Of a DNA stretch of 64,000 nt, positions 46,807-56,820 are shown in pieces (the stretch's first letter is position 1; the number at the start of each line of letters is the position of its first letter). Source of the stretch: an uncultured Gammaproteobacteria bacterium (GTDB lineage: Bacteria > Patescibacteriota > Patescibacteriia > UBA9934 > CAZDDW01). Location of the stretch: the NCBI GenBank assembly GCA_965231015.1, contig OZ246408.1, positions 545,237 through 609,236 of the forward strand, written 5' to 3'. The translations under genes and the position numbers were made by a program. The notes under the pieces were generated by a model, which was given only the letters and a program-made list of their open reading frames with translations, made no database searches and was not told the origin of the DNA.

Positions 46807-47176
46807 AAACAATTCGTTTTATCTTTCGAGCCGCCTCTGACGGCACAAAATGTCCTTTGATTAAGTAATCGGTTGCCCCTCTCTCTAAAGCTAATTTTAC
46901 ACTATTTTTGTCACCAAGTTGAGTAATAACGACAATTGGGACAGCTTTTAGATTATTCATTCCCTTTAGTTCCTCTATGAAATCAAAACCGGTTCTATTT
47001 TCAATAGCTACATCTAAAATGATAGCTGACGGAACCAGGTTTTTAAGTTTTTTTCTGGCCTCATCAAGACCTTCCACCACTCTTACTTTGCAGTGTTCCA
47101 TTTCCAGTTTGCGTGCGTAAATTCCGGCTAAATACCCGTCTTCCTCAATAATTAAAACCGTTGGTTTATCAGACAT
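46787..47176 (-). CDS. Single-domain response regulator (CheY/PilH-like receiver)
   Basis: 129 aa. VLIIEEDG, ILDVAIEN (phospho-acceptor Asp) and DYLIKG motifs are present. There is no output domain. Confidence 0.8.
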   Translation of the reverse strand: MSDKPTVLIIEEDGYLAGIYARKLEMEHCKVRVVEGLDEARKKLKNLVPSAIILDVAIENRTGFDFIEELKGMNNLKAVPIVVITQLGDKNSVKLALERGATDYLIKGHFVPSEAARKIKRIVYESKEK

Positions 47177-47178
47177 AC

Positions 47179-48297
47179 TTACGAGTTATCACGCATAGCC
47201 AACCCTACAGCTACTGACATTCTGGGACCGATCTCATCCAACATCGGTCGTAAATCAGTTGGGTAAACAGTGCGGGCCCATGGATCACCAACGTAGGTGT
47301 TAATGTTGGTGTTATTGGCGATCAGATTGGTTAGTCCCGGCAAATGAGCTGAACCGCCGGTTAAAATTATTTTTTCTACTTTTTTCCCTTCTGAAGATTC
47401 CTGTTTGGCGTACTGTTCAAAAGTGTACTGAATCTCGTTTAAAATTGGTTTCAAAGTATCTTCAATTATTGGGATTGAATCCCCACTGTCCCCACCAAGG
47501 TCATACTTGATCTGTTCTGCTTCTTCAAAATCAACCCCCATTTGATCAGCAATGCGCCTGGTGATCATGTCTCCGCCCACGTTCACACTGCGAGTCAAAA
47601 ACGGGATTCCTTTTTCAACCACAGTGAGATTAGAGCGAGTTGCTCCAAGATCAATGATTAAAATTCGGGACTTATCTTTACCAACCAATGATCTAATGAG
47701 TGCAAAGGATTCCGTTTCCAAAGCGACTAGCTCCAACTTGGCTGACTTGAAAATTTGCACGTACTTTTGAACCAGCGACTTAGCCGCTCCGGTAATCAGT
47801 ACTCTAATATATTCCTGATCTTTTCTTTCACCAATTAACGGCTTTTTTTCTGGTACTTTTTCCTTTTTCCTTTTTCCTTTTTCTGGTGACGGTTTCTTCA
47901 ATTCATCAATCAGCTTTGAATCCAAGATCATTTCCTCTAGCGGTAATGGTACTAATTTGCGGGCTTGAGCCTCAATTAATGGCTTTAAATCTTTTTCTTC
48001 TTTTACGCGAGGCACCCGGATCACAGCGGAAAAAACCTTCGAAAGCGGCAGGGCTGAAACCACTTTCACACTTTCTACTCCGGATTTTTTGCATACTTTC
48101 GAAATTAGATCAGTGGCTTTTTTCTGATCATCGATCAGTGGTCTATCAGATTTGGCTTCGTCCGGTTGTTCAGTATAGCCATAAGTCATAACCCTTTGCT
48201 GACCTTTTTCAAGCACCAATTCAACTAACTTAATATTTCCGGCTCCGATATCGACCCCGATATATCCTTTTTTTGTTGAACCTCCAAATAAGGCCAT
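47179..48297 (-). CDS. pilM: Type IV pilus assembly ATPase-fold protein PilM
   Basis: Actin-like fold motifs GVDIGAGNIKLVEL, IIDLGATRSNLTV and ILTGGSAHLPGL. Confidence 0.85.
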   Translation of the reverse strand: MALFGGSTKKGYIGVDIGAGNIKLVELVLEKGQQRVMTYGYTEQPDEAKSDRPLIDDQKKATDLISKVCKKSGVESVKVVSALPLSKVFSAVIRVPRVKEEKDLKPLIEAQARKLVPLPLEEMILDSKLIDELKKPSPEKGKRKKEKVPEKKPLIGERKDQEYIRVLITGAAKSLVQKYVQIFKSAKLELVALETESFALIRSLVGKDKSRILIIDLGATRSNLTVVEKGIPFLTRSVNVGGDMITRRIADQMGVDFEEAEQIKYDLGGDSGDSIPIIEDTLKPILNEIQYTFEQYAKQESSEGKKVEKIILTGGSAHLPGLTNLIANNTNINTYVGDPWARTVYPTDLRPMLDEIGPRMSVAVGLAMRDNS

Positions 48298-48320
48298 AGT
48301 GACTATAATTATAGCACTTT

Positions 48321-48728
48321 TTAGGTGTTTGCGTCGATCGCTTTGTTCACAAGCGCGTCTGCTTCTTTGTTAAACTCACGTTTGACATGACGAAATGTCA
48401 CCTTGTCGAACCCATGAGTTAGGTTCCAGACTTTGATAAAGATTTTTGCCAGGTCTGGATCTTTGACCTTGTACTCACCGTTTAGCTGTTTACATGCTAG
48501 CTCCGAATCCATAATCGATTCTATTTCGCGGGCTCCAAGCTCGTGAGCCCGTTCCAGCCCCATCAAAATAGCTGTGTACTCAGCCTGATTATTGGTTGTT
48601 TCACCAAGGTATTCGCTAATTTCATCTACCACTTCCCCGTCATTTTTAATTACTACCCCAGCTCCGGCCGGACCCGGGTTTCCCCGCGCTCCGCCATCAG
48701 AAAATATTGTCAGTTTATCGTAATCCAT
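48321..48728 (-). CDS. rnhA: Ribonuclease HI
   Basis: FSDGGARGNPGPAGAG and TNNQAEYTAIL motifs. Start moved to Met9 to remove the overlap with recJ. Confidence 0.85.
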   Translation of the reverse strand: MDYDKLTIFSDGGARGNPGPAGAGVVIKNDGEVVDEISEYLGETTNNQAEYTAILMGLERAHELGAREIESIMDSELACKQLNGEYKVKDPDLAKIFIKVWNLTHGFDKVTFRHVKREFNKEADALVNKAIDANT

Positions 48729-48741
48729 ATTTTGACATTTA

Positions 48742-50484
48742 TCATTTATCATTTGACATTTTCAGATCCACGATCCGCAGCTGGATCTCACGACTTCCGT
48801 TCCACTCGTTAATGCCGATTTCATAAACAATGTCGACTAAGTCGCTAAGATTTAATTTTTCAGCCCATTCTCCAAACCGGAAACCAACCATCTTACATAT
48901 TTTACCACCTTTTTGCGGATTTGCCGTCAGACGTAAGTGCTGACCTTCGCTTCCCATGGTTTCTGTGGCGATCACCTGCAACTTTTCTGTTGTAAATAAA
49001 GGTTTTTCATTTCCTTGACCAAACGGACGAAAGTTTTCCAATTTCTCTACAAGATTCCAATCTATTTCATCAAAACTGATTTGAGCGTCGATCTTTTGAG
49101 TGGGCTCAAGTGTTACCTCCGCGAGCTTTTGTTCCGCGAATTCGGTCATAATTTCGATTGCTTTATCTAGTTTTTCTCGCGTTGAAGTCGAAAATCCACA
49201 GGCTTGCGGGTGTCCACCGAACCGGTCCAGGTACTCGGCTGTCTGTTGCATAGCCTCCGTCACGTTAAACTCTTCAATGCTTCTACCAGAGGCCACAAAT
49301 CCATCCTCAAGTTCACTAATCACAAACGTTGGGCGGTAGTGCTCGTTGCAAAGCTTTCCAGCCACAAGCCCCACGATTCCGGCCGGCCACCCTTGCCCAA
49401 TCGCAAATAATATTTTCTGATCATCCACCTCACCAATCTGATCCACAGCTTCATAATACATTTTCTCTGACATCTTTTGCCGTTTCTGATTTTTCGCGTT
49501 TAATTCTTCAGCCATGGTTTGAGCCTCTTCGTTGTCTTCACAGACCAGCAGTTCAAACGCATACGTTGCGTGATCAACACGTCCAGCAGCGTTCAGTCGC
49601 GGCCCAATCTGCCACCCAATGTTCCAAGTCTCAAGCGTTTTATCACTAATATTCGCAATCTCGAACAAAGCCTTAAGTCCTGGACGGCGGGTCTTATTCA
49701 AAACGAGTAAGCCAAATTTTTCCAGCGTTCGGTTTTCACCGGTCAATTTCATGACGTCTGTCACGGTCGCAATCGCTACTAAATCGAGCAACCATTTTTC
49801 GTGTCCCTCTGGAAAATCGAGTCCACGCGCCCGAGCCTCGTCGAGCAAGCCGCAGGCAAACTTAAAAGCTACTCCGGTTCCGGCCAAATCCTTGTTCGGA
49901 TAAGTTTCATCCGGCATTTTTGGATGGATTATTATAGCGTCCGGTGGAGTTTCCGGAACATCGTGGTGATCGCAGACAATAGTGTCGATCCCGTTTTCCT
50001 TGGCGTGAGCAATCGTTTCGAAGTTTGAAATCCCACAGTCGACCGTTACGATTAGATTTGTTTTATGAACATTTTTTAGGTGATCGACTGTCTCTACAAA
50101 CAACCCATACCCTTCCTGCTCACGGTGCGGAATGTAGACGTTCAGATTACTCGAGTCATATCCAAGCTTGTCCCCGATCTCCTTAATCGTGGTAAACAAA
50201 ACTGCTGAACCACAAACTCCATCCGCGTCATAATCCCCATGCACGGTAATAACCTGACCCGATTCAATCGCCTCAAACAGTCTCGCTACCGCGGCCTTCA
50301 TATTCTTAAACTCGGCCGGGTCATGAATGTCGCGCGAATAGTCCGGTCCCAAAAAGACATCAATCTCTTCTTGAGTCTTGATCCCACGGTTCCAAAGCAA
50401 TTGCAAAATAGCCGCATTTATTTCCGGGAACTTGTCCTTATGTTCTTGTGGCATTTCCTCCGCTACAACCCAACGTTTCGACAT
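48742..50484 (-). CDS. recJ: Single-stranded-DNA-specific exonuclease RecJ
   Basis: DHH motifs (HGDYDADGV, TVDCG, CDHH) and a DHHA1 region (GGHPQACG). Confidence 0.95.
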   Translation of the reverse strand: MSKRWVVAEEMPQEHKDKFPEINAAILQLLWNRGIKTQEEIDVFLGPDYSRDIHDPAEFKNMKAAVARLFEAIESGQVITVHGDYDADGVCGSAVLFTTIKEIGDKLGYDSSNLNVYIPHREQEGYGLFVETVDHLKNVHKTNLIVTVDCGISNFETIAHAKENGIDTIVCDHHDVPETPPDAIIIHPKMPDETYPNKDLAGTGVAFKFACGLLDEARARGLDFPEGHEKWLLDLVAIATVTDVMKLTGENRTLEKFGLLVLNKTRRPGLKALFEIANISDKTLETWNIGWQIGPRLNAAGRVDHATYAFELLVCEDNEEAQTMAEELNAKNQKRQKMSEKMYYEAVDQIGEVDDQKILFAIGQGWPAGIVGLVAGKLCNEHYRPTFVISELEDGFVASGRSIEEFNVTEAMQQTAEYLDRFGGHPQACGFSTSTREKLDKAIEIMTEFAEQKLAEVTLEPTQKIDAQISFDEIDWNLVEKLENFRPFGQGNEKPLFTTEKLQVIATETMGSEGQHLRLTANPQKGGKICKMVGFRFGEWAEKLNLSDLVDIVYEIGINEWNGSREIQLRIVDLKMSNDK

Positions 50485-50668
50485 GTTTTGATTCTTACGA
50501 AAAAGTATAAAGGATTAAGTATAGAGTATCTGATAACTTTATCCTCCGGCCTTTATTCTTTCTCTTTCGCAAGATCAAAACGCCATACCCACAGTAAAAA
50601 ACAACATGCTAAAGACCAAGATGATCACCAAAACCGTCCAGATTTTTTTCATTATTTTATTTCGGGCT

Positions 50669-51265
50669 CTAAAATTCATAGATTTGTTTTAACAACTCGG
50701 ACGGGTCATGGACAATGGCGACAGGGTTTTGATCGCGTAATAACTCTTCCGAGTGATACCCCCAGGTTACACCAATTGCCCGAACTCCGACACCCCTGGC
50801 CTCAATAATGTCTCCGCTTGTATCGGTCACAAACAAACATTCTTCCGGTTTTAAATTATATCCATCAAAAACCATTTGAAACTTGTGGGCTTTGGAACGA
50901 TGGGTTTGTGAGCCCAACACCTTAGTAAAGTATTGATCGTAATCTTTCAAAGCCAAGAAGTGATCAATATTGTCGTCGTACGTACTCGAGATCACAAACA
51001 ATTGATACTTGTCCGCGAGTTCTTTTAAGACTTCTGACAAAGGAAACAAGTGATCAGCCGTAAAGTTGTCTTTTTGCCGAGCAAAAAATTCATCAATACT
51101 GTCAGGATCATAATTAACTTTTGGTTCAGCAAAAACATTTCCCTTGTGGTGATCAATAAAGTCCTGTTCCTTCACCCCGTTCACAAGCTCTTTAGTGACA
51201 TCAAAATTAATCTGGTACGTATCACCAAGCACTCCATCGAAATCAAATATTACGGCTTTTAGCAT
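50669..51265 (-). CDS. HAD-superfamily hydrolase
   Basis: Motif I, VIFDFDGVLGDT, in a 198-aa protein. Confidence 0.8.
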   Translation of the reverse strand: MLKAVIFDFDGVLGDTYQINFDVTKELVNGVKEQDFIDHHKGNVFAEPKVNYDPDSIDEFFARQKDNFTADHLFPLSEVLKELADKYQLFVISSTYDDNIDHFLALKDYDQYFTKVLGSQTHRSKAHKFQMVFDGYNLKPEECLFVTDTSGDIIEARGVGVRAIGVTWGYHSEELLRDQNPVAIVHDPSELLKQIYEF

Positions 51266-51733
51266 AAGTTATTTTTTATCTCGTTAACCAAGAAAATCAT
51301 TTGTGGCTAAATCTAAATATTACCACCCACCACCATTACTAGTCCGGTCGTACTTGGTTTGGTGGTTTCATTTTCGACACTTTTTCGCGATCGCGATATT
51401 TTGTCGAAGATTGGGTCTGTTAATTATTAAAACTTGATCTATTTCATTATTAATTTCATCATCAATGGATTTTATACATTTTCTGGAAAATCAAAAAGCA
51501 GATCCATCATTGGCGTAAGCTCATACCTATTGTTCTTCATGAAATTTCCTAATTTCTTTTCAATCTTTTCTGTCTTTTATGAAAGACGGACACGTCTTTC
51601 CTTAAGCTCTTTCATCTTCATGTTAATCTTCCATTATCTTAACTGAAAGATATCTGAGACCAATACACTGATTATCCCAATTATCCCTCCAATCACCACA
51701 CCGGTCAAACTTGATGTTACCTCATTCATATTT

Positions 51734-53524
51734 CTATCTCTTCAACACCTTCAAGTATGCATCCGTAGGGATATCGACTTTTCCTTTACCCATAGCCATC
51801 ATTTTGGCTTTACCCTTTTTCTGTTTTTCTAATAGCTTTCGTTTTCGGGTGACGTCTCCACCGTAGAGCTTAGCGGTCACGTCTTTGCGCATCGCGCTGA
51901 TTCGTTCAGAAGCGACGATGGTGCCACCGACGGCGGCTTGGAGTTTGATCACGAACATTTGCTTCGGAATCGAATCTTTAAGTGACTTAACGATTGATTT
52001 TCCAACCGGGTGAGCTTCGTCTCGGTACACCAAAGTCGACAATGCCTCAACTGGCTCCTCAGCTACTAAGATATCCATTCGTACCACGTCAGCCGGTCGG
52101 TAATCCTTGACCTCGTAGTTAAGCGAGCCATAACCCGCGGTCAGGGTTTTTAGTTTGTCATAAAAATCAATGATGATGGCAGCAAGTGGCATTTCATAGT
52201 GAAGGATGGCCCGCTCACCTTCCAAGTATTCGGTATTCTTATAAATCGCGCGGCGTTCAGTGCAAAGCTGCATCACAGAACCCACGTAGTCCTTTGGCAC
52301 CACAATATCAGCCACTACCCATGGCTCTTCAATCTTGTCGATATGCCCAGCGTCCGGCAGGTCAAGCGCACTCTTGGTCGTAATGACCTCGCCCCCGGTC
52401 TTGGTAACGTGATACGCCACAGACGGAACTGTTACCACAAGCTCGAGGTTGAATTCGCGAGCTAATCGCTCCTTGATGATTTCTAAGTGCAACATTCCAA
52501 GGAACCCACATCGCAAACCATATCCAAGAGCCGAACTTTGTTCTGGTTCGTAGGTTAGAGCCGCATCCTGAAGCTTGAGTTTGCCTACTGCGTCACGTAA
52601 TCGGTTATACTCACTTCCCTCTTTTGGAAAAATTCCTGCAAAGACCATGGGCTTCACTTCCTGGTACCCTGGCAAGGCCTCAGCCTTTTTCTTACCTTCA
52701 ACAATCTTGGTCATAGTGTCACCAACACGCACCCCTTCCAAATCCTTTTGTCCGGTCACCACGTATCCAATTTGCCCAGTTGCAAGTTCGTCCGTTGGTG
52801 TGAACCCAGGTGTTAGCGCACCTACCTCTAAAACCTCGTCCTCTTCAAGAGTAGCCATCATCTTATACTTTTCACCTTTCTTGATTGATCCATCCACCAT
52901 TTCTACATAAGCGACCACACCTTTAAATTCATCATAAAAAGAATCAAAAACCAAAGCCCGAGTTGGAGCATCCGGATTGCCACTTGGAGCCGGAATTCGC
53001 TCCACAACAGCGTCGAGCAACGCTTCAACCCCTTCACCGGTCTTGGCTGACACAGTCAAAACCTCGGATTCATTACATCCGATAAGATCACAAATTTCCT
53101 TAGTTCTGGTGGGTACGTCGGCCGCTGGAAGATCGATCTTGTTCAAGACTGGTACAATAGTCAGGTTCTGCTCAAGGGCTAAGTACAGGTTTCCGATAGT
53201 TTGAGCCTGCACCCCTTGAGTTGCATCGACGAGCAAAATTGCTCCGTCCACGGCCGCGAGCGAGCGTGAGACCTCGTAATTAAAGTCCACATGCCCCGGA
53301 GTGTCGATTAAATTCAAAGTAGTATCCTTCCAAGACATCCGAGCCGGAGCCAGCTTAATAGTGATCCCTTTTTCTTGCTCCAGTTCCATGCTATCAAGCA
53401 ACTGCTTTTTCATCTTGCGAGACTCTACCGTTCCGGTTAACTCAAGCATCCGGTCAGCGAGCGTTGACTTCCCGTGATCAATATGCGCAATGATACAAAA
53501 ATTTCGGATTTTATCTTGGTTCAT
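51734..53524 (-). CDS. lepA: Translation elongation factor 4
   Basis: GTPase motifs AHIDHGKST, DTPGHVDF and NKID, plus the LepA C-terminal domain. Confidence 0.95.
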   Translation of the reverse strand: MNQDKIRNFCIIAHIDHGKSTLADRMLELTGTVESRKMKKQLLDSMELEQEKGITIKLAPARMSWKDTTLNLIDTPGHVDFNYEVSRSLAAVDGAILLVDATQGVQAQTIGNLYLALEQNLTIVPVLNKIDLPAADVPTRTKEICDLIGCNESEVLTVSAKTGEGVEALLDAVVERIPAPSGNPDAPTRALVFDSFYDEFKGVVAYVEMVDGSIKKGEKYKMMATLEEDEVLEVGALTPGFTPTDELATGQIGYVVTGQKDLEGVRVGDTMTKIVEGKKKAEALPGYQEVKPMVFAGIFPKEGSEYNRLRDAVGKLKLQDAALTYEPEQSSALGYGLRCGFLGMLHLEIIKERLAREFNLELVVTVPSVAYHVTKTGGEVITTKSALDLPDAGHIDKIEEPWVVADIVVPKDYVGSVMQLCTERRAIYKNTEYLEGERAILHYEMPLAAIIIDFYDKLKTLTAGYGSLNYEVKDYRPADVVRMDILVAEEPVEALSTLVYRDEAHPVGKSIVKSLKDSIPKQMFVIKLQAAVGGTIVASERISAMRKDVTAKLYGGDVTRKRKLLEKQKKGKAKMMAMGKGKVDIPTDAYLKVLKR

Positions 53525-53526
53525 AG

Positions 53527-54036
53527 TTATTTCATCTCGTAAGGATATTCGTCGCCGTCGGAGTCGATACCAGTAGCCTTAACTTGAAACATGAAGTAAC
53601 CTAGGATGATCGGGTTTGAGCCACCTTGTGTAAATCTTTGTTCAACCAAATTAAAAGGTTGAAATTGTATACCATTTAATTCAACCACCCACCCATTTTT
53701 AGTTTCAACCCATTTACCCCCGTTTACTGCAATGGTAGCTTCACCTAAAAAGGCGCCAAATGAATCAATGGTTGTTTCATCAACTTCAGTTGGAGTCACC
53801 CAACCTTCATCGATAATTGAATCAAGTTTTCTGATTGATTCTTCGTCATAAGCTAAATTCTCACCAAAAACCTGACTCACTATATCAATACAGGATTCTG
53901 CATAAGCGTGAAAGTCAGTAGTTGGATCCGTGTTGATTTCCTGATCATTTGAAATTCGAAAAACAAAAATATATCCAACAATCGCCAAGACAATAAGAAT
54001 TGGCCATGATTTATTCAATACTGTATTAATCGACAT
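53527..54036 (-). CDS. Membrane-anchored protein, unknown function
   Basis: Start moved to Met20 (MSINTVLNKSWPILIVLAIVGYIFVF) to avoid overlap with mnmA. Confidence 0.5.
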   Translation of the reverse strand: MSINTVLNKSWPILIVLAIVGYIFVFRISNDQEINTDPTTDFHAYAESCIDIVSQVFGENLAYDEESIRKLDSIIDEGWVTPTEVDETTIDSFGAFLGEATIAVNGGKWVETKNGWVVELNGIQFQPFNLVEQRFTQGGSNPIILGYFMFQVKATGIDSDGDEYPYEMK

Positions 54037-54043
54037 ATTTTGT

Positions 54044-55069
54044 TTAATAAATAATCCCTCCGCCCAACATTTGCTCGCCATCATAGAAAACAATTGATTG
54101 GCCGGGGGTTACGGCGCGTTGGTGGTCTTCGAATTGAACTCGTGCGACTGAATCCGATAGTTCAACATGACACTTTTGTAACGGTTGTCGGTAACGGATT
54201 CGGGCCGAACAATCAAACTCGCTCTCGGGTTCCACGAACCAGTTCAATTCTGTAGCCTCGAGCTCTCCTTCATAAAGTTTAGGGTGATAATTCGAGCTGA
54301 CAACCAGCTCTTTAGTCTCTGGTCGCTTGGCTACTACATAGTACGGGGTTCCGCCTCCAACATCAAGCCCGTGACGCTGTCCGAGTGTGTAGTAAGCCAA
54401 TCCTTCGTGTTCACCTAATTTTCTGCCTTCTGTGTCGAGAATCGGACCCGGATCCGGTTTTATTCGTTCTTTTAAAAACTCCATCACATCCACTTCACCA
54501 ATAAAGCAGATTCCCTGCGAGTCTTTCTTCTTAGCGGTTGAAAGCCCAAGCCCTTCAGCCTTTGCCCGAACTTCCGGCTTTGTCATCTCACCGACCGGAA
54601 ACAAGGCTCGTTTAATTGCCTCGTGTGGCACCGCCCATAAAAAGTAAGTCTGGTCTTTGTTGTTATCGACTCCTGCCAAGATCTTTTCACCGTCACGTCG
54701 TGCGTAATGCCCTGTAGCAATGTAGTCGCAACCAAGCTCATCTGCTTTTTTCAAAAACTTATCAAACTTAATGTTCTTGTTGCACATCACATCCGGATTC
54801 GGTGTTCGCCCTGCTTCGTATTCGCGAAACATGTATTCCACAACTTCGTCTCGGTAGGCTTGTTCAAAGTCGAAGGTGTAAAACTCAATCCCAAGCTTGG
54901 CCGCCACACGCATAGCATCGCGTCGATCTTCGCGCCAAGCACAGTCTGACCAGTTCTTCATAAACGCACCAATAACCTCATACCCATGTTCCAAAAGCAA
55001 AGCAGCCGACACACTTGAGTCGACCCCTCCGCTCATTCCAACTAAAACTTTGGGCTTGTCTTTGCTCAT
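54044..55069 (-). CDS. mnmA: tRNA 2-thiouridine(34) synthase
   Basis: PP-loop VGMSGGVDSS, in a ~340-aa protein. I chose the ATG at 55069 because the track's TTG start lies inside the predicted promoter. Confidence 0.9.
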   Translation of the reverse strand: MSKDKPKVLVGMSGGVDSSVSAALLLEHGYEVIGAFMKNWSDCAWREDRRDAMRVAAKLGIEFYTFDFEQAYRDEVVEYMFREYEAGRTPNPDVMCNKNIKFDKFLKKADELGCDYIATGHYARRDGEKILAGVDNNKDQTYFLWAVPHEAIKRALFPVGEMTKPEVRAKAEGLGLSTAKKKDSQGICFIGEVDVMEFLKERIKPDPGPILDTEGRKLGEHEGLAYYTLGQRHGLDVGGGTPYYVVAKRPETKELVVSSNYHPKLYEGELEATELNWFVEPESEFDCSARIRYRQPLQKCHVELSDSVARVQFEDHQRAVTPGQSIVFYDGEQMLGGGIIY

Positions 55070-55078
55070 AATATCGAG

Positions 55079-55107
55079 ATAATAGTATATTTTAGCCAAA
55101 AATGCAA
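55079..55107 (-). promoter_or_regulatory. mnmA promoter giving an essentially leaderless mRNA
   Basis: On the minus strand: TTGCAT (55107-02), 17 nt, TATTAT (55084-79). The ATG is 9 nt after the -10 box. Confidence 0.5.
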
Positions 55108-55171
55108 GCCCCTCTGCCCTTTTTTGCCCAACTCTGGTACGATTAGTCTGTTAATCAATAAATGCTAAAAT

Positions 55172-55924
55172 ATGGAACTTTTTGTACCATTAATCATATT
55201 TATCCTGGTTGTTCTCTTGATCAGCATTAAACAGATCAACCAGTACCAACGCGGAGTTAAGTTTCGTTTAGGTAAATTTGTGGGGATTATAGAGCCGGGA
55301 TGGCGTATCGTGATTCCGATTGTTGAGTCTATGAAGAAAGTCGATATCCGTGTGAAGGCCGTGGATGTACCTGACCAGGAAGCTATTACCCAAGATAATG
55401 TTTCAGCTCGCATTAACGCTGTAATTTATTATAAAGTCGAAGACGCAGGTAAAGCCATTATTGAAGTCGAGAACTTTCGTTGGGCTGTGTCACAGCTGGC
55501 ACAAACCACCATGCGAAACATTGCTGGTGAGTTGACCCTTGATGAACTTCTCACAAACCGAGACACCGCTGCTAAACGAATCAGAGAGATTGTCGACGAA
55601 CTGACTGATCCTTGGGGAATTGACGTTGAGAATGTGGAATTGAAAGACATCACCCTTCCAGAAGAAATGAAACGAACCATTGCTAAGCAAGCTGAGGCTG
55701 AACGTGAACGCCGTGCCGTGATCATTAAAGCCGAGGGTGAGGTTGCCGCCTCTGAAAACCTTGCCAAAGCCGCGCGCACCCTTGCTGAAAGCACGGGGGC
55801 GTTGCACCTGCGAACTTTATCAAGTATCAACGACTTGAGTTCAGATCAGAGCAATACAGTAATCTTTGCTATGCCGCTTGAGGTTCTTCGAGCCTTTGAG
55901 CGAATGGGAAAAGACGATAAATAA
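55172..55924 (+). CDS. SPFH/Band-7 (stomatin/slipin-like) membrane protein
   Basis: N-terminal TM segment, then an SPFH domain (RVKAVDVPDQEAITQDNV...) and a coiled-coil C-terminus. Confidence 0.85.
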   Translation: MELFVPLIIFILVVLLISIKQINQYQRGVKFRLGKFVGIIEPGWRIVIPIVESMKKVDIRVKAVDVPDQEAITQDNVSARINAVIYYKVEDAGKAIIEVENFRWAVSQLAQTTMRNIAGELTLDELLTNRDTAAKRIREIVDELTDPWGIDVENVELKDITLPEEMKRTIAKQAEAERERRAVIIKAEGEVAASENLAKAARTLAESTGALHLRTLSSINDLSSDQSNTVIFAMPLEVLRAFERMGKDDK

Positions 55925-55936
55925 AGAGATCAAAAA

Positions 55937-55966
55937 ACAGAGCTTCATTCGAGGCTCTGTTTTATT
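55937..55966 (+). terminator. Rho-independent terminator
   Basis: ACAGAGCUUC-AUUC-GAGGCUCUGU followed by UUUAUU. Confidence 0.7.
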
Positions 55967-56019
55967 ATTATGTAGCGGGAGGCTTTAGCCTTCCAACGTT
56001 GGAACCCTGAAGGGTTCCG

Positions 56020-56820
56020 CTACATTACGAACAGAATAACTATCGCGGCGGCAGCCAAAATCAAGCGGTACCAAACAAATACCATGAAATTAGTTCGAGC
56101 TATAATCTCGAGTAAAAACTTGATGGCCAAGGCCCCTGAAATCATGGCCGCAAAAAAACCAACCAGTAAAGGCATCGGATCGAGTACTCCAACTGATTCT
56201 GAAAGATCATACATTGATTTAGCGCCAGCGGCGGCAATTGCTGGAACACTCAGGAGAAACGAAAATCGAGCTGCGGTTTTTCGGTTAAGTCCTGCAAAAA
56301 GTCCGGCTGTGATTGTGATGCCCGAACGCGAAGTTCCGGGAATCAGTGCGATGACTTGAGCGAATCCGATGGCCATGGCCTGTTTCCAACCAATCTTCTT
56401 GAGCTTATTCGTTTCTGGATGCTTTTTAGCAAACCAATCGGCAATTCCAAGCACCACTGCCCAAAGCACGAGCGAGATAATCACTACGACCGGAACTCGT
56501 AATACAGTTTCGATTATATCTGACGCAAAATACGCTACTACCAGCACCGGTACAGTTGCGACCAGGATCATCCAGGCTACAGACCTCTCAGGTGTCCGTT
56601 CACGTGATAAAAACGCTAAAAACAACCTCTTAATGTCTCGCCGCAATACCATTATCACCGCCACGAGTGTTCCGAGGTGTACCATTACGTCAAACGCCAG
56701 GTCTTGCAGGGGCCAGCCTAAAAGTTCAGGTACTAAAATCAGGTGTCCTGAACTCGAAACAGGTAAAAATTCTGTGATTCCTTGAATCACTCCAAGGACT
56801 AAAGCTTGTAGTATCGTCAT
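56020..56820 (-). CDS. uppP: Undecaprenyl-diphosphate phosphatase
   Basis: GITEFLPVSSSGHL and PGTSRSGITI motifs. Confidence 0.95.
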   Translation of the reverse strand: MTILQALVLGVIQGITEFLPVSSSGHLILVPELLGWPLQDLAFDVMVHLGTLVAVIMVLRRDIKRLFLAFLSRERTPERSVAWMILVATVPVLVVAYFASDIIETVLRVPVVVIISLVLWAVVLGIADWFAKKHPETNKLKKIGWKQAMAIGFAQVIALIPGTSRSGITITAGLFAGLNRKTAARFSFLLSVPAIAAAGAKSMYDLSESVGVLDPMPLLVGFFAAMISGALAIKFLLEIIARTNFMVFVWYRLILAAAAIVILFVM

